A stretch of 60,929 nucleotides of DNA, filler included, from an uncultured bacterium (lineage in GTDB: Bacteria; CAYJOG01): NCBI GenBank assembly GCA_964371695.1. It is 7 parts of 7 records of this genome, joined end to end, with 100 filler letters (N's around TTAATTAATTAA, not from the genome) between each part and the next. Parts side by side here need not be neighbours in the genome. Positions count along the whole stretch, not along the records: positions 35,061 to 43,648 come from CAYJOG010000097.1; positions 43,749 to 52,302 come from CAYJOG010000098.1; 5 more parts are not named here. The stretch is one strand, 5' to 3'. A program made the position numbers and the translations under genes. This document shows, in pieces, positions 39,792-49,601 of the stretch. The notes below the pieces were generated by a model. It was not told the origin of the DNA. It searched no databases and worked only from the letters and a program-made list of their open reading frames with translations. Position 1 is the first letter of the stretch; each line of letters opens with the position of its first letter.

Positions 39792-40938
39792 CTACACATT
39801 CTCTCCCGCCACGGCGGCTTTCAATTGACCGGTGGCGGCTTTTTCCAGATAGCCGGTGATGAGTTCATCCAGCGCGCCGTCCAGCACCTTGCGGGTGTCG
39901 CTGGTTTCATAACCCGTGCGCAGGTCCTTCACCATCTGATAGGGGTGCAGCACGTAACTGCGAATCTGGTGCCCCCAGGCCATGTCGGTCTGTTCGCCCT
40001 GAATGGCCTCCAGGTTTTCTTTCTGCTCCTGCATCCGCAGCGTGAGCAGTTTGGACTTGAGCATTTTCATGGCCTTGGCGCGGTTTTTGATCTGGCTGCG
40101 CTCGGCCTGACACTGCACCACCACGCCGGAGGGCAGGTGCGTGATGCGAATGGCGCTCTCGGTTTTGTTCACGTGCTGGCCCCCGGCCCCGCTGGCGCGG
40201 TAGGTGTCCACCTTCAGATCGTCTTCGCGCACGTCCACATCGTTGTCTTCTTCCAGTTCCGGCAGCACGTCCACACCGCTAAAACTGGTGTGGCGACGCT
40301 TGGCGGCGTCAAAGGGCGAAATGCGCACCAGCCGGTGAATGCCCTTTTCGCCCCGCAGCAGGCCATAGGCATTGGGGCCGTTGAACTGGAAGGTGATGGA
40401 CTTGATGCCCGCTTCGTCGCCAGGGGTCATGTCTAGCACTTCCACGCCAAAGCCCCGCTGCTCGGCCCAGCGCTGATACATGCGCCGCAGCATGTCCACC
40501 CAGTCGTGGCTTTCGGTGCCGCCCGCCCCGGCGTGAATGCTGAGGATGGCATTGAGGTGGTCATAGGGGCCGTTCAGCAGACTGGAGACTTCCATGTCTT
40601 TGAGCAGCAGGCGCAGGCGGGGGACTTCCGCCGCGATTTCCTTAAAGGTGGCCGCGTCGTTTTCTTCCTGGGCGATGGCGTAAAGCGCCAGCAGATCCTC
40701 TACCTCGCCCAGCAGCGTGGCGTGGCCCGACACACGTTTTTCCAGCGTGGCGATTTCCTTCATCAGGGCCGCGCCTTTTTCGGGGCTGGCCCAGTTGGCC
40801 GGGTCTTCGCTCAGATTACGCAGATAGGCAAGTCGTTTTTGGGCGCCCGGCAAGTCAAAGATACTCTCCGAGTTCCAGAAGCCTTTTTTTCATGGCGTTC
40901 AGTTCGCCCAAAAGTTCTTCCACTGGTGTTATCGCCAT
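39792..40938 (-). CDS. prfB: Peptide chain release factor 2 with programmed +1 frameshift
   Basis: ATG 40938 with AGGGAG SD encodes [27 protein letters not shown], then CTT TGA C shifts into DLPGAQKR...; SPF and GGQ motifs present. Confidence 0.96.
40854..40869 (-). promoter_or_regulatory. RF2 autoregulatory frameshift site
   Basis: Minus strand reads GGAGAG TAT CTT TGA C (internal SD-like sequence plus slippery codon and stop). Confidence 0.93.
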
Positions 40939-41068
40939 GGTTTTCTCCCTTCGTGCTGCGCCGAAACGGCGCACAAGGGGAGGCATTGTAACAGGCCGAG
41001 GGGAAGTCAGCGCACTCCCTTCCCGTCAACACCTTTATCGCGTACCCTTCGCACGCCTTCGGGCCGAC

Positions 41069-43423
41069 ATGACCACCGACACCACGCCCAAATCTTTTCC
41101 GCCACTGCCACAGCAGCTCACCACCGAATCGGTCGGCGATTGGACGCGGGGTGTTTTTGGTTTTGACCTGGACCCTTTTCAGGTAGACGCGATTCTCTCG
41201 GTGCTCAAGGGCCACAGTTGCATTGTCAGCGCCCCCACCGGCGCGGGCAAAACCGTGGTGGCCGAGGCGCTGGTGTATTCGCGCATTGAGCAGGGGGGCG
41301 GCGTGATCTACACCAGCCCCATCAAGGCCCTGAGCAACCAGAAATACCGCGACTTTTGCGAGGCCCTTGGCCCGGAGCGCGTGGGGCTGGTGACCGGCGA
41401 CGTGGTGATCAACGACGACGCGCCGTTTCGCATCATGACCACCGAGGTGTACCGCAACATTTTGCTGGAGGGCCGCTCGCGGCTGGAGGGCATCAGCCAC
41501 ATCATTTTCGACGAGATTCACTATCTGGACGACGCCGACCGCGGCACGGTATGGGAAGAATCCCTCATCCTCACCGATTCGGGCACGCGTATTCTGGCGC
41601 TCTCGGCCACCATTCCCAACCTCAAGGAGTTCACCGCCTGGATACGCTCGCTGCGGCAGGAGCCGGTGGACCTGATTCTGGAAACCGAGCGCCCCGTGGT
41701 GCTGCACGAGCACTTTTTGGTGGACAACCAGTGGCTGGGCGACCGCACCCTGCTCAAGCAGGCCTTTGCCGGAAAAATCCCCCCCGGCGAAAAACCCATG
41801 CGTTCTCTGTTCAAGCACCTGCACGGCGGCGGCTACATGCCGCTCATTTATTTTGTCTTCAGCCGCAACCGCGTTTATCAATACGCCGAAGAAACCGCCA
41901 AACAGTTCAACTTTCTCAAACCCCACGAACACGACCAGATCATTCGCCTTCTCGACGGACTGCTGAAGGAACGTGAGTGTGAAAACGAACCGGTGCTGGA
42001 AAAACTCAAGTGGATGATTTCGCGCGGCGTGGCTTATCACCACGCGGGGCTGCGGCCCGTTTATAAAGAGGTGGTGGAGCGACTTTATGCCACCGGACTT
42101 TTGAAGGCACTGTTCGCCACCGAGACTTTTTGCGTAGGCGTGAACATGCCCGCCAAAAGCGTGGTGTTTGATTCCCTGAGTAAATACGACGGCAAGCGGG
42201 TGCGCCCGCTGACCTATCGTGAAGCCCAGCAGATGTCGGGCCGCGCGGGCCGCCGGGGCATGGACGACGAAGGCCACGCGTTTTATCAGGTGCGCACCAG
42301 CGGCAACGACGTGGACGACATCCTGGGCATTTTCGACCAGGGCCACGACCGCGTGGCCAGTCAGTTTTCCCTCAGTTACAACAGCCTGCTCAACCTCTAT
42401 GGCCGTTATGGCACGGGACTGTATGAGTTCAGCAAAAAAAGCTTTGGCGCGTTCCAGCTCACCCTGGCCCAGGGCGGCATGGGCGAGAGCAAAAACAAGC
42501 TGGGCGAAGACGTGGTGGAACTGAGCAAGGTGCGCTGCTTCAAAAAACCGAACCGCCCCATTTTTGAAGACTATTTCAAGTGGAAAAAACGCCTGGCGCG
42601 GCTGGAACACACGCTGTCGGAAAAATCCCACCGCCGCCACGACACCCGTGGCGCGCACAAACGCGACCTCATGGCTGGAGAAATCCATTCCATGCGCGAG
42701 CGGGCTGACCGCACACGGCGCAACATGGGCCAGGCCATCTGTCACAACTGCCCCAAAGAGGAGTTTTGCCAGCGCACGCTCGAAAGCCTGGACCGCGCCG
42801 AACGGGAACTGGAAACCCTCTCCAAAAAACAGGCCCAGATCACCCACCGCATCGAAGACGAAATCGCCCTGCGCCTGCGTTATCTGGAGCACCTGGGTTA
42901 CATCGAGGGTGAACACCTGCTGCCCCGCGGCGAGTTTGCCCGCAGTGTGTTCGGTTATGAGTTGCTCATCACCGAGGCCTATTTCGAAGGCATTCTGCAC
43001 ACGCTGGATGAATTGAAGATCAACGCCCTGTTTGCCGCGCTGGTGTTTGAGGCGCGCAAGGACACGCGGTTTTATCAAAAGCCCCCCCGCGACACGCGGG
43101 CGCTGTTTCAGGAGGTGGACGCCATCCGCCAGTTTCTGAACCGCGAGGCCCGCAAGTTTGACCTGCCCCCCCAGGCGGGCGAGGTGGACGGGCGCATTGC
43201 CGCCGCGATGGCGGCTTGGTGCGAAGGGGCCGATTTTGAAGCCCTGCGGGGCTACACCACGCTCGACGACGGCGATGTCATCCGCACCTTCCGCATTGTG
43301 GCGGACCTGCTGCGCCAGCTTTGCCGCAGCATTCCAGAGCCAGACCTGCGCCAGCGTGTGCAGCACGCCATGGACATGATCTACCGCGACGAAGTGGACG
43401 CCCGCCGGGCCTTTAACCTGTAA
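41069..43423 (+). CDS. Ski2/HelY-like DExH-box RNA helicase
   Basis: APTGAGKT, YTSPIKALSNQKY, MTTEVYRN, DEIH, LSAT, HHAG, QMSGRAGRRG, DSHCT-like C-terminus. Start at ATG 41069 because the upstream frame overlaps prfB. Confidence 0.92.
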   Translation: MTTDTTPKSFPPLPQQLTTESVGDWTRGVFGFDLDPFQVDAILSVLKGHSCIVSAPTGAGKTVVAEALVYSRIEQGGGVIYTSPIKALSNQKYRDFCEALGPERVGLVTGDVVINDDAPFRIMTTEVYRNILLEGRSRLEGISHIIFDEIHYLDDADRGTVWEESLILTDSGTRILALSATIPNLKEFTAWIRSLRQEPVDLILETERPVVLHEHFLVDNQWLGDRTLLKQAFAGKIPPGEKPMRSLFKHLHGGGYMPLIYFVFSRNRVYQYAEETAKQFNFLKPHEHDQIIRLLDGLLKERECENEPVLEKLKWMISRGVAYHHAGLRPVYKEVVERLYATGLLKALFATETFCVGVNMPAKSVVFDSLSKYDGKRVRPLTYREAQQMSGRAGRRGMDDEGHAFYQVRTSGNDVDDILGIFDQGHDRVASQFSLSYNSLLNLYGRYGTGLYEFSKKSFGAFQLTLAQGGMGESKNKLGEDVVELSKVRCFKKPNRPIFEDYFKWKKRLARLEHTLSEKSHRRHDTRGAHKRDLMAGEIHSMRERADRTRRNMGQAICHNCPKEEFCQRTLESLDRAERELETLSKKQAQITHRIEDEIALRLRYLEHLGYIEGEHLLPRGEFARSVFGYELLITEAYFEGILHTLDELKINALFAALVFEARKDTRFYQKPPRDTRALFQEVDAIRQFLNREARKFDLPPQAGEVDGRIAAAMAAWCEGADFEALRGYTTLDDGDVIRTFRIVADLLRQLCRSIPEPDLRQRVQHAMDMIYRDEVDARRAFNL

Positions 43424-43484
43424 AACCGATGGTCGGGTTCTGGATGTTGGAAATTGGAAAAGAAAAAATTTCCCTCACCTCCCG

Positions 43485-43640
43485 GCGTCATTCCCCTGCT
43501 CCCCTGCCGTCATTCCCGCGAAAGCGGGAATCCAGCCAAACATAAACCCAAAACCATTTTTCGGCGACACCGCGGTAGCCACGGGCGTCTCGCCCATTGC
43601 TGTCAGGTTTATTGGTAGCCCCGGCGTCCCGCCGGGAGCA
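43485..43640. repeat. REP cluster at contig end
   Basis: cgtcattcccgcgaaagcgggaatcca at 43508; gtagccacgggcgtctcgccc; gtagccccggcgtcccgccggg. Confidence 0.7.
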
Positions 43641-43818
43641 AAAAAACGNNNNNNNNNNNNNNNNNNNNNNNNNNNNNNNNNNNNNNNNNNNNTTAATTAA
43701 TTAANNNNNNNNNNNNNNNNNNNNNNNNNNNNNNNNNNNNNNNNNNNNCGCCCCCCCGGCCCGTGCCACGAAGGGCGAATCCCGTCCCCCGCTCCCCCAC
43801 CCTGCCCCGCAACATTGT

Positions 43819-44105
43819 CCTCTCTCCCCTTTATGGGGAGAGGGTTGGGGTGAGGGGTTCACCAACAAAGCCGATGCCAAACAGGGTGTGTTTTTCTCCA
43901 ACCCCACCACCGGGCCGCTTCGCGGCGGTCGCAAGGCATTGCCTTGCTCCATGGCGGGGGCGCGGCAGCGCCCTGTTTTCACAAAAGGTTCGCCCACAAT
44001 CGGTGTCCAGACTTTTGTCTTGCGGCAGCCGACTGATGCTGCCGCACTCCCAAATGCCCACCCGCACCCATTACCCCAGCCCTCTCCCCATAAAGGGGAG
44101 CGGGT
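43819..44105. repeat. Inverted CCCTCTCCC-type REP pair
   Basis: ctctcccctttatggggagagggttggggtgagggg and ccccagccctctccccataaaggggag. Confidence 0.7.
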
Positions 44106-44164
44106 GTAAAGAGAAAGCCTCCTCATTTCCCGCCGGAAGAGCATAAGTTTTTTACACTACCCCC

Positions 44165-44773
44165 ATGCCGCAACTGAACTATGGCGCGGAGCTGACCGAG
44201 ACTTTTTCGGCCCGCGACGCCCTCAGCCAGGGGTCATTCATGTTCCTGTGGCTGCACTTGGCGGCGCTGCCGCTGATGGTGTTGTGGCCCGCCTGGCCCG
44301 TGGGGGGGCACCTGGGCCTGCTGGCGGCGGCCCTGGCCATGGCGGGAGGCGGAGCAGACTTCTGGCGGCGACGGGGCAGCGTGGGCAGCCGCATGGGCCT
44401 GTGCGCCGTGGCGGCCCTGGCGGTGGCGCTGGTGCTTTTTCGCCTGCCTGCGCCGTGGTTGCAGGAATTTTTCAGACAATTGCTGGGGTTGTTGTATTAC
44501 ATCAGCCTGGGCGCGGCGGGGGGCATGGGCGTGGCCCACGGCCTGCGGGCCCTTTCGGGCCGCCCCCATTCCCGCCCCTGGCTGGTGATTTATGCCTGGG
44601 GGCTGGGACTTCTGCTGTTGGCCGCTAAACTCTGGCCCACCGATTACGCTCTGGCCATGTCCCTCACCGCCACCAACGCCTACCGATTCTTTCTGCTGGT
44701 CACCGCGTGGCTGCCGCCGGTGCTTTTGTCGTTGGACACCCGCGAGCCCAACATGGAAGGAGCCAGCCGATGA
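44165..44773 (+). CDS. Hypothetical multi-pass membrane protein
   Basis: About 6 hydrophobic segments; ATGA overlap with the next gene. Confidence 0.6.
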   Translation: MPQLNYGAELTETFSARDALSQGSFMFLWLHLAALPLMVLWPAWPVGGHLGLLAAALAMAGGGADFWRRRGSVGSRMGLCAVAALAVALVLFRLPAPWLQEFFRQLLGLLYYISLGAAGGMGVAHGLRALSGRPHSRPWLVIYAWGLGLLLLAAKLWPTDYALAMSLTATNAYRFFLLVTAWLPPVLLSLDTREPNMEGASR

Positions 44774-45759
44774 GCCAGACCAGCGTCAGGACGTATTACC
44801 GGATTGACATTGCGGGGGGTTGGACCGACGTGCCGCCGCTTTATTTCGGCACACCGGGCGTGGTGCTCACTGCGTCGCTCGCCAAAGGCATCACGCTGGA
44901 CGCCGCACTGGCCCAGGAACGCGCCGTGGCCGTGGCGGGTGAGGCCCCTGCGCCCTTTTCAGCCGATGCGAACGCCCCTTTTGCCTGCCGGGCCGCCCAG
45001 GCCGTGGGCGAGGTGTTCGGCCCCTGGCCCAGCGTGTTGATCCGCGTGACGCCCGACCTGCCCGGCGGCGCGGGGCTGGGTTCCAGCGGCGCGCTGTTGG
45101 GCGGCTTGGTGATGCTGCACCACGCCCTGCGCGGCGTGGCGTGCAGCCCGCTGGCCGCAGCGGTGGAAGCCCGCAAAATCGAAGTGGAAAAACTGGGCCA
45201 CGCCGCAGGCTGGCAAGACCCCATCGCCGCCTGCCTGGGGGGCTTTCTGGGGCAGCGGTTCAGCCGGGGAGAAGAAAACATTCTGCACCTGGCCATGTCC
45301 GAGCCGTTTCTGAAAAATCTACTGACCCGCTCGCTGGTGGTGGTCACCGGCCACAACCGCGTGAGTGGCGACGTGGTGGGCGAGGTGTCTCGCCGCTACG
45401 CCGAAGACCATGTGCCCACCCACGACGCCATGCAGGTGATCCGCGACGCCGTGAAGGCCTGCGTACACGCCGTGATGAACCAGGACGAAGCCGCCCTGGT
45501 GGCGGGAGTGAAAAAAAACGTGTCCGGTCAGTTGGCCCTGCACCCGGCCATTGGCCACGAGGTCTACGACCAGATGCAAACCGCCCTGGGCGAGCGCCTG
45601 CTGGTACTCAAACCCCTGGGGGCGGGCGGCGGCGGCAACGCCTGGGTTTTGCTGCGTTCGGCGCAGGATGTGCCCGCAGCGCAATCTGCCCTGGGGGCCT
45701 ACACCACCTTCGTGCCGGAGCTGGCCGATTTCCGCGGCCAAGTGGATGTTCAAACCTGA
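44770..45759 (+). CDS. GHMP-family sugar kinase (HddA/fucokinase-like)
   Basis: RIDIAGGWTDVPP, LPGGAGLGSSG, GWQD, KPLGAGGGG. Confidence 0.85.
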   Translation: MSQTSVRTYYRIDIAGGWTDVPPLYFGTPGVVLTASLAKGITLDAALAQERAVAVAGEAPAPFSADANAPFACRAAQAVGEVFGPWPSVLIRVTPDLPGGAGLGSSGALLGGLVMLHHALRGVACSPLAAAVEARKIEVEKLGHAAGWQDPIAACLGGFLGQRFSRGEENILHLAMSEPFLKNLLTRSLVVVTGHNRVSGDVVGEVSRRYAEDHVPTHDAMQVIRDAVKACVHAVMNQDEAALVAGVKKNVSGQLALHPAIGHEVYDQMQTALGERLLVLKPLGAGGGGNAWVLLRSAQDVPAAQSALGAYTTFVPELADFRGQVDVQT

Positions 45760-45782
45760 GCACATGAACGTTTTTTTACTGA

Positions 45783-45963
45783 GAGCCTGTTTCTATTACA
45801 CCATGCGAAACATGGTGTAATAGAAACAGGCTCTTGCGGGCCATGGATGGCCCGCTTCAAAAGCCGAAGTGTTGAAAACACTGAGGCTTTTGCCCGCCAA
45901 GGGGGCTTTGCCCCCGCTGGCGGTAAGTTTATAAAGTCCACGACGGACTTTTAAAACAGGTTC
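45783..45963 (-). mobile_element. MITE family 1 (181 bp)
   Basis: tga|GAGCCTGTTT...AAAACAGGTTC|taa; the first 51 nt form a perfect 23-bp hairpin; followed by a REP doublet at ~45970-46036. Confidence 0.8.
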
Positions 45964-46066
45964 TAAGGAGACGCGACGCCCCCGTCGCGCCCAACCCTCA
46001 TAAAAACAGATACGGCGACGAGGGCGTCGCCGCTACGCAAGGTTTTCAAACTTCAGGAAAATAAAA

Positions 46067-47251
46067 ATGACTGGCGCCGCCTCAACTTCTGTCTTCACCC
46101 CCCAGCGGCCGCTGAGGCTGTTTTTTCTGGCGGGTGAAGCCAGCGGCGACGCCAACGCTGCCTATCTGGTGCAGCAGTTGAAACAGGAGGGCGTGCCGGT
46201 GGAGGTACACGCTTTTGGGGGCGAGCGCCTGGCCGCCGAGGGGGCCGCGATTCACCTGCAAAGCACCGACCTGGGCAGCCTGGGCCTCACTCAGGGCCTG
46301 AAACGTGTGCCTGCCTATTGGCGCGCCCGGCGGCTGCTCAGGCGGCTGCTCAAAGAGCTGAAACCCGACCTGTACGTGCCGGTGGATTTTCGCGCCTTCA
46401 ACATCCGCACACTGCCCTTTGCCCAGGAGGCCGGTGTGCCGGTGGTGTATTTTTTTGCCCCGCCGGTGTGGGGGGTGCAGGGCATCAAGCGGTTTGTGCT
46501 TCTCAAGGAGTACGGTGTCCACGCGCTGCTCACGTTTCCTTTTCAGAAGGAGTTTTATGAAATGGCGGGTGTGGCCCACACCGCCGTGGGACATCCCCTG
46601 CTGGATCGCTACCCCCTGGACGAACCCCGCGCCGCGCGGCGGGCCCGGCTGGGGGGCGGCGAAAAACCATTGGTAGGCCTGTTGCCCGGCAGCCGGGGCG
46701 ATGAGTTGCGGCGTCTGTTGCCGGTGCTGGCACAGGTGGTGGCCCGGCGGCCAGCGTGGGATTTTGTGCTGATGCCCGCCCGTCAGTCTCAACGGGCGGT
46801 GCTGGAAAACTTTGCGACGCAAACCGGCGGACGGGTGCGGCTGTTCTGGGGTGAGAAGGCCGATTTTTTTGGCGGGACAGACGCCCTGGCGGCGTGCAGC
46901 GGCACCGTGACGCTGGAAGCGGCGCTGATGGGCACCCCCATGGCCATTATTTACAAAGTGGGCTGGATTGAAGCCGCGATTTATCGCCTGCTGGTGAAAC
47001 AACCCTTTGTGGGCATGCCCAATATTCTGGCCGGGCGAGAGGTGGCCCCGGAACTGCTGCAGCAGGACTGCTCACCAGAACAGATTTTGTCGCATCTGGA
47101 CGGCTGGCTGCGGGACAAGACGCTTTGGGAAACCACCAGCCAGGGGCTGCTGAGCGTGCGGGAAAAACTGGGCGAGCCGGGGGCGCTGGGCCGCAGCGCC
47201 CGTGCGCTGGTGACACTGGCGGAGCAGGCGCGGAAGGATTCTGGCGAATAA
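46067..47251 (+). CDS. lpxB: Lipid-A-disaccharide synthase
   Basis: AGEASGD, VDFRAFN, APPVW, VGHPLLD, LLPGSR..E, SGTVTLE, MPNILA..V.PELLQ. Confidence 0.93.
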   Translation: MTGAASTSVFTPQRPLRLFFLAGEASGDANAAYLVQQLKQEGVPVEVHAFGGERLAAEGAAIHLQSTDLGSLGLTQGLKRVPAYWRARRLLRRLLKELKPDLYVPVDFRAFNIRTLPFAQEAGVPVVYFFAPPVWGVQGIKRFVLLKEYGVHALLTFPFQKEFYEMAGVAHTAVGHPLLDRYPLDEPRAARRARLGGGEKPLVGLLPGSRGDELRRLLPVLAQVVARRPAWDFVLMPARQSQRAVLENFATQTGGRVRLFWGEKADFFGGTDALAACSGTVTLEAALMGTPMAIIYKVGWIEAAIYRLLVKQPFVGMPNILAGREVAPELLQQDCSPEQILSHLDGWLRDKTLWETTSQGLLSVREKLGEPGALGRSARALVTLAEQARKDSGE

Positions 47252-47267
47252 CCAGGGGCTTCACGCC

Positions 47268-48161
47268 TTACTGCATCGACTTCTTGAAGATCTTGTAATC
47301 CTGAAAATAGCCGTTTTTCCTGGCCTTTTTTTCCAGATTCAGCAAAGGTTCATACAAGGCTGGGCCGGTTTTAACCAACCTTATGTTGGCCGCTTGGGCC
47401 ATGCGCCGGAACTCAGGAAAGTCCGGGCTGGTGTTGGCGCTGAGAAGCATCTCAATTATTTTTTCCTTCGTCTGTTTCGAAACCGCCGGTTTCACGAAAT
47501 AGGGCGGAATGGGCACGATGGGGCCGCAGGCCAGTTCCCTCAGATTTTTCACCGCCCCAGGGTTGGTGGTTTCCGTGAACCGAAACACCACCTTGTTGGC
47601 CAGTGCGCCGTCCACTTGGTCCAGACTCAAGGCCAGCAGTCCCGACTGCGCCACCTCCACCGTCTGTAGTCTTCCCAGCACCCGTATGGGACTTTTGCCC
47701 AAAATGTCGGCCAGGATGGCGTAATACAACTCTGTGCCCAGCATCATGACCCTTTTGTCTGCCAGGTCAGCCGGGCGGCGAATGGGCCCTGTTTTTTTGA
47801 CGTACAGACACACGGGCATGGACCCCTCGAACATCAAGGGCATTACCAGCGGCTCTACTTTCCATTTCTCTCTGGCGTTCAGATAAACATTGGAGTCATC
47901 GGAGAACACCAGATCAAAGTCCCCCTTCTCCAACACCGGAAGATATTGCCTGGCCCCCGCCTGAATCCTGATGTCAAAAGGCTGTTTCAACCTGCCCTCA
48001 AGCGCCGTCATGAGATCCATGAAAACCCGGCGGATGAACTGCGTGTCGGCGTCGGATTTGGTCAGCATCAACCGGGCGCGGAAGGGCTGAGAAGGTTGGG
48101 CCGCGCAGGTTGCCCCGCTGCACAGCAGCACAACGGCCAGCACCACCACGGACCTGTTCAT
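47268..48161 (-). CDS. PhnD/SsuA-like periplasmic substrate-binding protein
   Basis: Signal peptide from ATG 48161; KGDFDLVF, CLYVKKTGPIRRPADLADKR, ALSLDQVDG. Confidence 0.7.
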   Translation of the reverse strand: MNRSVVVLAVVLLCSGATCAAQPSQPFRARLMLTKSDADTQFIRRVFMDLMTALEGRLKQPFDIRIQAGARQYLPVLEKGDFDLVFSDDSNVYLNAREKWKVEPLVMPLMFEGSMPVCLYVKKTGPIRRPADLADKRVMMLGTELYYAILADILGKSPIRVLGRLQTVEVAQSGLLALSLDQVDGALANKVVFRFTETTNPGAVKNLRELACGPIVPIPPYFVKPAVSKQTKEKIIEMLLSANTSPDFPEFRRMAQAANIRLVKTGPALYEPLLNLEKKARKNGYFQDYKIFKKSMQ

Positions 48162-48187
48162 CAGCGAAATGGCCCCACGACGAACAC

Positions 48188-48967
48188 CTACCCCCCCAGG
48201 CTGCCCTGGCCCACATACTGGCCGATGAGCATGACCTGTTTGAGTTCCGTGCCGATGTCCGGCACCAGGGCATAGCGCCAGCGCAGGGTCAGGCGGCTGC
48301 CGTCTTTGCCCAATAGGGGACACTCCACCGTGGCATCGGCCTCGCCAGTCTGAATGTCCAGCAAAAAATGACCCATGGTCATCTGGTCTTCTTCGGCGAT
48401 CATCATCTGCAAAAAGTTCTGGCTCTTCATTTCGGCCTGAGTGTAACCACTCAGCACCTCGGCCAGTTGGTTGGTGGTCTGGATTTCCTGCTGCTGATCC
48501 ACCACCACCAGAAAAAACGGGCTGGCGTTGCCCATTTCCCGGATGTAAATCATGGCCTGCTTCAGGGCCATGTCGCGGAACACGTCAATGGTGCAGTCTT
48601 CAATCAGGCACACCAGGGCGATGTGCTGGCGGGTTTCGGGGTGCAGCACGGGGTTGAAGTATTCCCGCAGCCAGTGGCTGTCCTGCTCTTCCTGCATGAA
48701 GCCCGATGGCGGCACCAGTTCGTAGGGGGCCAGCGTGATGGGTATGCCCCGTTTGGCCAGCTCCAGCAGGTCGCCCTGCAGGCGACCCGGGGCCATCACG
48801 GCGTGCTCCAGCACACTGCCCAGGGGCACGTTCTGGCAATAAAGCGCACGGGCCATGTCGTTGACAAACATCACCCGGTTATCCACGCCATACATCACCG
48901 CGCCCATGGGGTGAAGGCCATACACTGCGTCAAAAATGCGCTTCAGATCGTCGTGGTGCTGGGTCAC
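48188..48967 (-). CDS. Stand-alone tandem PAS-domain protein
   Basis: Two PAS-like units (FVNDMARAL; TNQLAEVLSGYTQAEMKSQNF...KDGS); no output domain. Confidence 0.7.
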   Translation of the reverse strand: MTQHHDDLKRIFDAVYGLHPMGAVMYGVDNRVMFVNDMARALYCQNVPLGSVLEHAVMAPGRLQGDLLELAKRGIPITLAPYELVPPSGFMQEEQDSHWLREYFNPVLHPETRQHIALVCLIEDCTIDVFRDMALKQAMIYIREMGNASPFFLVVVDQQQEIQTTNQLAEVLSGYTQAEMKSQNFLQMMIAEEDQMTMGHFLLDIQTGEADATVECPLLGKDGSRLTLRWRYALVPDIGTELKQVMLIGQYVGQGSLGG

Positions 48968-48982
48968 GCGGGGGGCATTGTA

Positions 48983-49594
48983 TCAAGATCGGAGGGGGAA
49001 TCCCGCCTCTTCAAGGAGCGCCGCCAAAAGCGCCACCGGCAGGCCCACCACGTTGTTCCACGAGCCGCGCACCTCTTTTATCAGCGCCGCCCCCAGCCCC
49101 TGCGCCCCATAGGCCCCAGCCTTGTCTGTCCACTCGCCGCTTTTGAGGTAGCGGGTGATCTCCGCCTCGCTCAGGTTTCTGAAGCACACGCGGGTGCGCT
49201 CCACACCGGTCTGGGCCGGGCCACCCGGCAGGGGCAACACCGCCACGGCGCTGAAAACCGTTTGCCACTGGCCGCTGAGGGTGCGCAGCATCTCCTGAGC
49301 CTGTTGGCGGCCCGTGGGTTTGCCCAGAGGGGTTTTGCCCAGCAGCACCACGGTGTCGGCCCCCACCACCCAGCCACTCGCCCCGGCGGGCAGGTGGGCG
49401 TGGCGGGCCTTGTTCAGCGCCAGGTTTTGCAGTGTGCGGCTGGGCTGGTGCAGCACGGCGGGCAATGGAGGTTCCTCAAAGGCGCTCTTCACAATCACCG
49501 CCTCCGGCGCAATCATCTGGATCAACTGATGCCGCCGGGGCGAGGCGCTGGCCAGGAAAAGGCGCGGTGGCGGTTGTCGCGAAGCCTGACTCAC
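48983..49594 (-). CDS. maf: Maf-family nucleoside triphosphate pyrophosphatase
   Basis: LASASPRR, GADTVV..LGKP, DKAGAYG.QG, NVVGLP. Confidence 0.93.
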   Translation of the reverse strand: MSQASRQPPPRLFLASASPRRHQLIQMIAPEAVIVKSAFEEPPLPAVLHQPSRTLQNLALNKARHAHLPAGASGWVVGADTVVLLGKTPLGKPTGRQQAQEMLRTLSGQWQTVFSAVAVLPLPGGPAQTGVERTRVCFRNLSEAEITRYLKSGEWTDKAGAYGAQGLGAALIKEVRGSWNNVVGLPVALLAALLEEAGFPLRS

Positions 49595-49601
49595 AAAATG
49601 C

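Noticed and set aside
40811-43366. Long antisense ORFs (851 aa here; also 37351-39828, 23956-26004, 30854-32464, 35081-36700)
   Set aside because: Shadows of real genes in GC-rich, codon-biased DNA, with no motifs.
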